From assembly GCA_037441745.1 (NCBI GenBank), contig JBBIRP010000001.1:1-37719 (forward strand): DNA of 37,719 nt, written 5' to 3'. The DNA comes from Ignavibacteriales bacterium (lineage in GTDB: Bacteria > Bacteroidota > Ignavibacteria > UBA10030 > SZUA-254). Under the pieces are notes generated by a model. The model had not been told where the DNA came from and made no database searches. It saw only the letters and a program-made list of their open reading frames with translations. Shown one piece after another: positions 34,846 through 37,719 of this stretch. Both the position numbers and the translations under genes were made by a program. Numbering within the stretch: the first letter of the stretch is position 1; each line of letters starts with the position of its first letter.

Positions 34846-35043
34846 CGTGTTGACCTTTCTACTATTATAATTTAATCATTTCGAACATCATTCAAGAATC
34901 AAAATTTCCCAATCTATGATTATAAAAACATTAAATTTAACCATCACAAAATCATTTGAATATAAAAAATGATATCAATATATTTAAAAAGTTTTTAATT
35001 GGAGTAAAAATTGATAATCATTCTTTATTTTTTAAGGGGTAGC

Positions 35044-37719
35044 ATGAGATGCCTTGCCATTTTCTTTCTTTCATCGATTACTGCTTTCTCACAATTATCT
35101 AAATATTCGGTTACAATGACGGCGAATGATTATCAACTACTTTTTACGCGTGATATATTTAGTGATTCGTTGATTCCTGCGACGTTTGAATATAAAGGCA
35201 ACTATTGGAATGATGCGCAAATTCGTTTCAAGGGTCACTCGACTAGATACTATCCGAAAAAATCTTATCGCTTAAAATTCTCAAAAACAAATTTATTTGA
35301 AAACATGCAGAGCGTGAACTTCAATGCTATGTACACCGATAAATCTTTCCTACGCGAAAAGCTTGCATGGGATATTTTCGGAAGTCTCGGTGCTCTTGCT
35401 CCTTGGGCTCATCTTTCAATTTTCTCTATTAACGGCAAAGAAGGATTGTATCTTTTCATAGAAAAGGTAGATAAGTATTTTCTACAAAACAGAAATCGAA
35501 AAATAGCTCCTTTATACGAGGCAAATGATACTTACGTCAATGCTGATCTTACATTGCAACCCGATAGTTTACTCAAACTTTACTACGACAAAGAAATCGG
35601 CAACACAAATGATTATTCCGATCTTGCAGAACTTATCAATGCAATCAATTCTGCATCCGATAATGCCTTCCGTGATACATTGAATAAATACTTCGATATA
35701 CAAAGTGTTTTCAACTGGTTCACTGGAAACATTCTCATGATGATGGGAGACTGTTACAATAAAAACTATCTTCTTTATCGAGATACTTCAAAAGTAAATC
35801 AACAATGGTCAATAATTCCGTGGGATTATGATTTGTCCTTTGGTCGAGATGGAGATCCTTCTATTCCTTATCCTGCTACCCTTCTCAACGAGGGTTTTGC
35901 ATACACATTTCCACCGCTGTCTGGTCCTTCAAATGTTTTGAAAGATAGATTTATGGCAGACCCTGTTCTCTGGAATGAATTAAAACTCCATTTAGATACA
36001 GTACTAAATACAGTTTTTACAGAAGAATATTTATTCCCTAAGATAGATAGTTTAGTATCAGTTATTAACGATTATGTTAATCTTGATGATCAGAGGTGGG
36101 GCACATTGCAAGATTTCTACGATCATGCAGAGGCTTTAAAGTATTTCATTACAGCAAGAAAAAATTATCTGAAAAAAACTTTTATCAATTCACCAAGCGG
36201 TGAATATAATCAAGCAATTCTTCCCGTGTCTCAAGTGGGGGTTCCTTACCATTTTATTACATACGATGGTAGACAGATTGCAACGCTTTGGTTTAAAGAA
36301 TTTCAAGATTTAGATAGTATTCTTATTCGAGTTCATCCCGATTCTGTTCCACCAGGTATAATAAATCCGGATGCTGAAAATTATGTTAGACGTTGGGTGG
36401 AAGTAGTACCCTACCCATCGACTGCACAATTCGTTGCAAAATTTCAATGGATGTATGATGATCTATATACCTACTACAAAGAGGTTGGGAATGGCGTTCA
36501 AGATGAACGTCTGTTAAGATGTTATGTTTACGATGGAAGTTCTTGGATAAATCTTCCATCAAGTGTAAATTATTTCGGAAATTTTGTAACAATTGATTCA
36601 ATAACAGAAAACAAATGCGGGATCGGAAAACATTTTACACTTATTACACCAGAAACTTATACACGGAAATGGTTCAGGCAATCTCTAAATTACTGGCAGA
36701 GATGGTATGACATAAAGTTTGTTGATAGTTTAATTGGATTTGTCGTCGGAGAACACGGAACAATTTTAAAAACCGTCGATGGTGGAAAAACTTGGCAGGA
36801 AATTTATGTTGGCTCGGCACTTCCATTAAGATCAATATGTTATTTATCACCTGAAAACATGCTTACGGCCGGTGATAATGGATTTGTTTATCAAAGTACA
36901 AATTTAGGAGAGAACTGGGTAAGAATCAATATTGGAACGACACAAAATATCAGCGGAATACGTTTTCGTACAGAAACAGATGGTTGGATTTATGGTGAAA
37001 GTGGATTGTTGTCACATACCACGGACGGGGGAAAAAGCTGGACAACATCAAATTTGGATAGCCTTTCCAACATATCTGGTATCAGCATACAATCCCCATT
37101 AGGGAATCAATTAATTGTATATTTCGAAAACGGAAGATATCTCAACACAACTGATGAGGGTATGACCTGGACGACCGGAACACTTAGAACAACGCATAAA
37201 ATAAACTCGGTCATTGAAAAAGGTTTTTATCACTGGATTGTAGGTGACAGCGGTACAGTTATATTTTACAGATCACCCAACGAATGGATTAATGTTGATG
37301 TACCTTTACCCATAGCAGTTCATGACATTTACGCAAAAAACGAAACGACCTTTTACGCGGTTGGAGAAAATGGAAAGATATTCTACACCACTAATGGGGG
37401 AATAAATTGGTTTTCTCAATATACTGCCGATTCTCATGATCTATTTAACATAGAGTTTATAAACAATACACTCGGTTTTGCTGTTGGTAGTGGAGGTACA
37501 ATTTTAAAAACCTATTCTTCAGGTACAGTAACGGATACAAAACATAATGAATTTACAATTCCGGCACAATTTAAAGTTTATCCAAACTATCCAAACCCTT
37601 TCAATCCCACAACAACAATTTCATACGATTTACCTTGCAGAGCAAAAGTTAAAATAGATGTTTATAATATTCTTGGCCAAATGATAGCAACGATTACAGA
37701 TGATATGCAGGAAACAGGT
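35044..37719 (+). CDS. Secreted CotH-kinase-family domain protein with Ycf48/BNR-like beta-propeller repeats and a T9SS C-terminal sorting domain. The 3' end lies beyond the window.
   Basis: This ORF is not in the track because it has no stop. I translated it by hand and found it open for 892 codons. Signal peptide MRCLAIFFLSSITAFSQ. CotH-like segments are RFKGHSTRYYPKKSYRLKF, INGKEGLYLFIEKVDKYFL and NYLLYRD...WSIIPWDYDLSFG. Repeated motifs are DGGKTW, NLGENW, DGGKSW, DEGMTW and NGGINW. The T9SS CTD is FKVYPNYPNPFNPTTTISYDLP...VKIDVYNILGQ. Confidence 0.82.
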   Translation, partial: MRCLAIFFLSSITAFSQLSKYSVTMTANDYQLLFTRDIFSDSLIPATFEYKGNYWNDAQIRFKGHSTRYYPKKSYRLKFSKTNLFENMQSVNFNAMYTDKSFLREKLAWDIFGSLGALAPWAHLSIFSINGKEGLYLFIEKVDKYFLQNRNRKIAPLYEANDTYVNADLTLQPDSLLKLYYDKEIGNTNDYSDLAELINAINSASDNAFRDTLNKYFDIQSVFNWFTGNILMMMGDCYNKNYLLYRDTSKVNQQWSIIPWDYDLSFGRDGDPSIPYPATLLNEGFAYTFPPLSGPSNVLKDRFMADPVLWNELKLHLDTVLNTVFTEEYLFPKIDSLVSVINDYVNLDDQRWGTLQDFYDHAEALKYFITARKNYLKKTFINSPSGEYNQAILPVSQVGVPYHFITYDGRQIATLWFKEFQDLDSILIRVHPDSVPPGIINPDAENYVRRWVEVVPYPSTAQFVAKFQWMYDDLYTYYKEVGNGVQDERLLRCYVYDGSSWINLPSSVNYFGNFVTIDSITENKCGIGKHFTLITPETYTRKWFRQSLNYWQRWYDIKFVDSLIGFVVGEHGTILKTVDGGKTWQEIYVGSALPLRSICYLSPENMLTAGDNGFVYQSTNLGENWVRINIGTTQNISGIRFRTETDGWIYGESGLLSHTTDGGKSWTTSNLDSLSNISGISIQSPLGNQLIVYFENGRYLNTTDEGMTWTTGTLRTTHKINSVIEKGFYHWIVGDSGTVIFYRSPNEWINVDVPLPIAVHDIYAKNETTFYAVGENGKIFYTTNGGINWFSQYTADSHDLFNIEFINNTLGFAVGSGGTILKTYSSGTVTDTKHNEFTIPAQFKVYPNYPNPFNPTTTISYDLPCRAKVKIDVYNILGQMIATITDDMQETG

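Noticed and set aside
16382-36601. Remaining nested ORFs (16382-16579, 18552-18814, 19218-19577, 19824-20063, 20745-20933, 21141-21350, 21840-22025, 22103-22330, 22716-22922, 23005-23496, 23856-24056, 25800-26160, 27393-27581, 28030-28263, 28832-29128, 30069-30359, 30714-30905, 31975-32286, 32481-32755, 32979-33410, 34025-34249, 36386-36601)
   Set aside because: Same reasoning. All sit within, or antisense to, genes with clear family signatures. ORF 36386-36601 lies inside the hand-translated CotH ORF.
1-37719. Mobile elements, CRISPR arrays, tRNA/rRNA genes and defence systems (restriction-modification, toxin-antitoxin, Cas, abortive infection)
   Set aside because: I found no transposase, integrase or recombinase-like translations, no regularly spaced direct repeats, no cloverleaf-like tRNA candidates in the intergenic gaps, and no nuclease, ATPase or methylase signatures. 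The window reads as core metabolic chromosome rather than an accessory island.

Overview
AT-rich, almost fully coding bacterial chromosomal segment. I saw no rRNA, tRNA, CRISPR array, transposase or integrase. A T9SS C-terminal sorting domain, a CotH protein and a very multihaem-rich respiratory repertoire suggest an FCB-group organism, possibly Ignavibacteriota-like (inference only). (1) nt 1-20295 is a same-strand respiratory island with 58 c-haem attachment motifs (57 CxxCH plus one CxxxCH) in seven cytochromes. It holds six putative quinone-pool modules: a CbcL-like fused c/b cytochrome; a split 19-haem c plus cytochrome b pair; an ImcH-like NapC/NirT-type 7-haem protein; an 8-haem c/NrfC/NrfD module translationally coupled to a Rieske/cytochrome b/11-haem c module; and a Qrc/ACIII-like 5-haem c/MopB/FeS/NrfD module. 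A four-domain class-I cytochrome c and a CcmF/NrfE-type haem lyase complete it. (2) nt 20562-26608 starts with a 28-bp perfect palindrome. It then encodes a MerR regulator with a Cys-rich C-terminal domain, a Psr/Phs-type molybdoenzyme (A, B, C), two YeeE/YedE half-transporters and a rhodanese lacking the active-site Cys. (3) nt 27077-30393 is a metal-uptake locus: a small His/Cys membrane ORF, an outer-membrane barrel, a ZnuA-like binding protein and a ZnuB-like permease, with no ATPase. (4) nt 30457-34845 carries housekeeping and stress genes (cold-shock protein, C-N hydrolase, MsrB, thioredoxin-like lipoprotein, D-cysteine desulfhydrase family, DUF2721-like). (5) nt 35044 to the end is a long ORF missing from the ORF track because it has no stop in the window: CotH domain plus beta-propeller repeats plus T9SS sorting domain. 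The best candidate for something undescribed is the coupled NrfCD plus Rieske/cyt b operon, together with the graded series of three CISM-type complexes. All functional calls rest on motif reading by eye; no database search was run.
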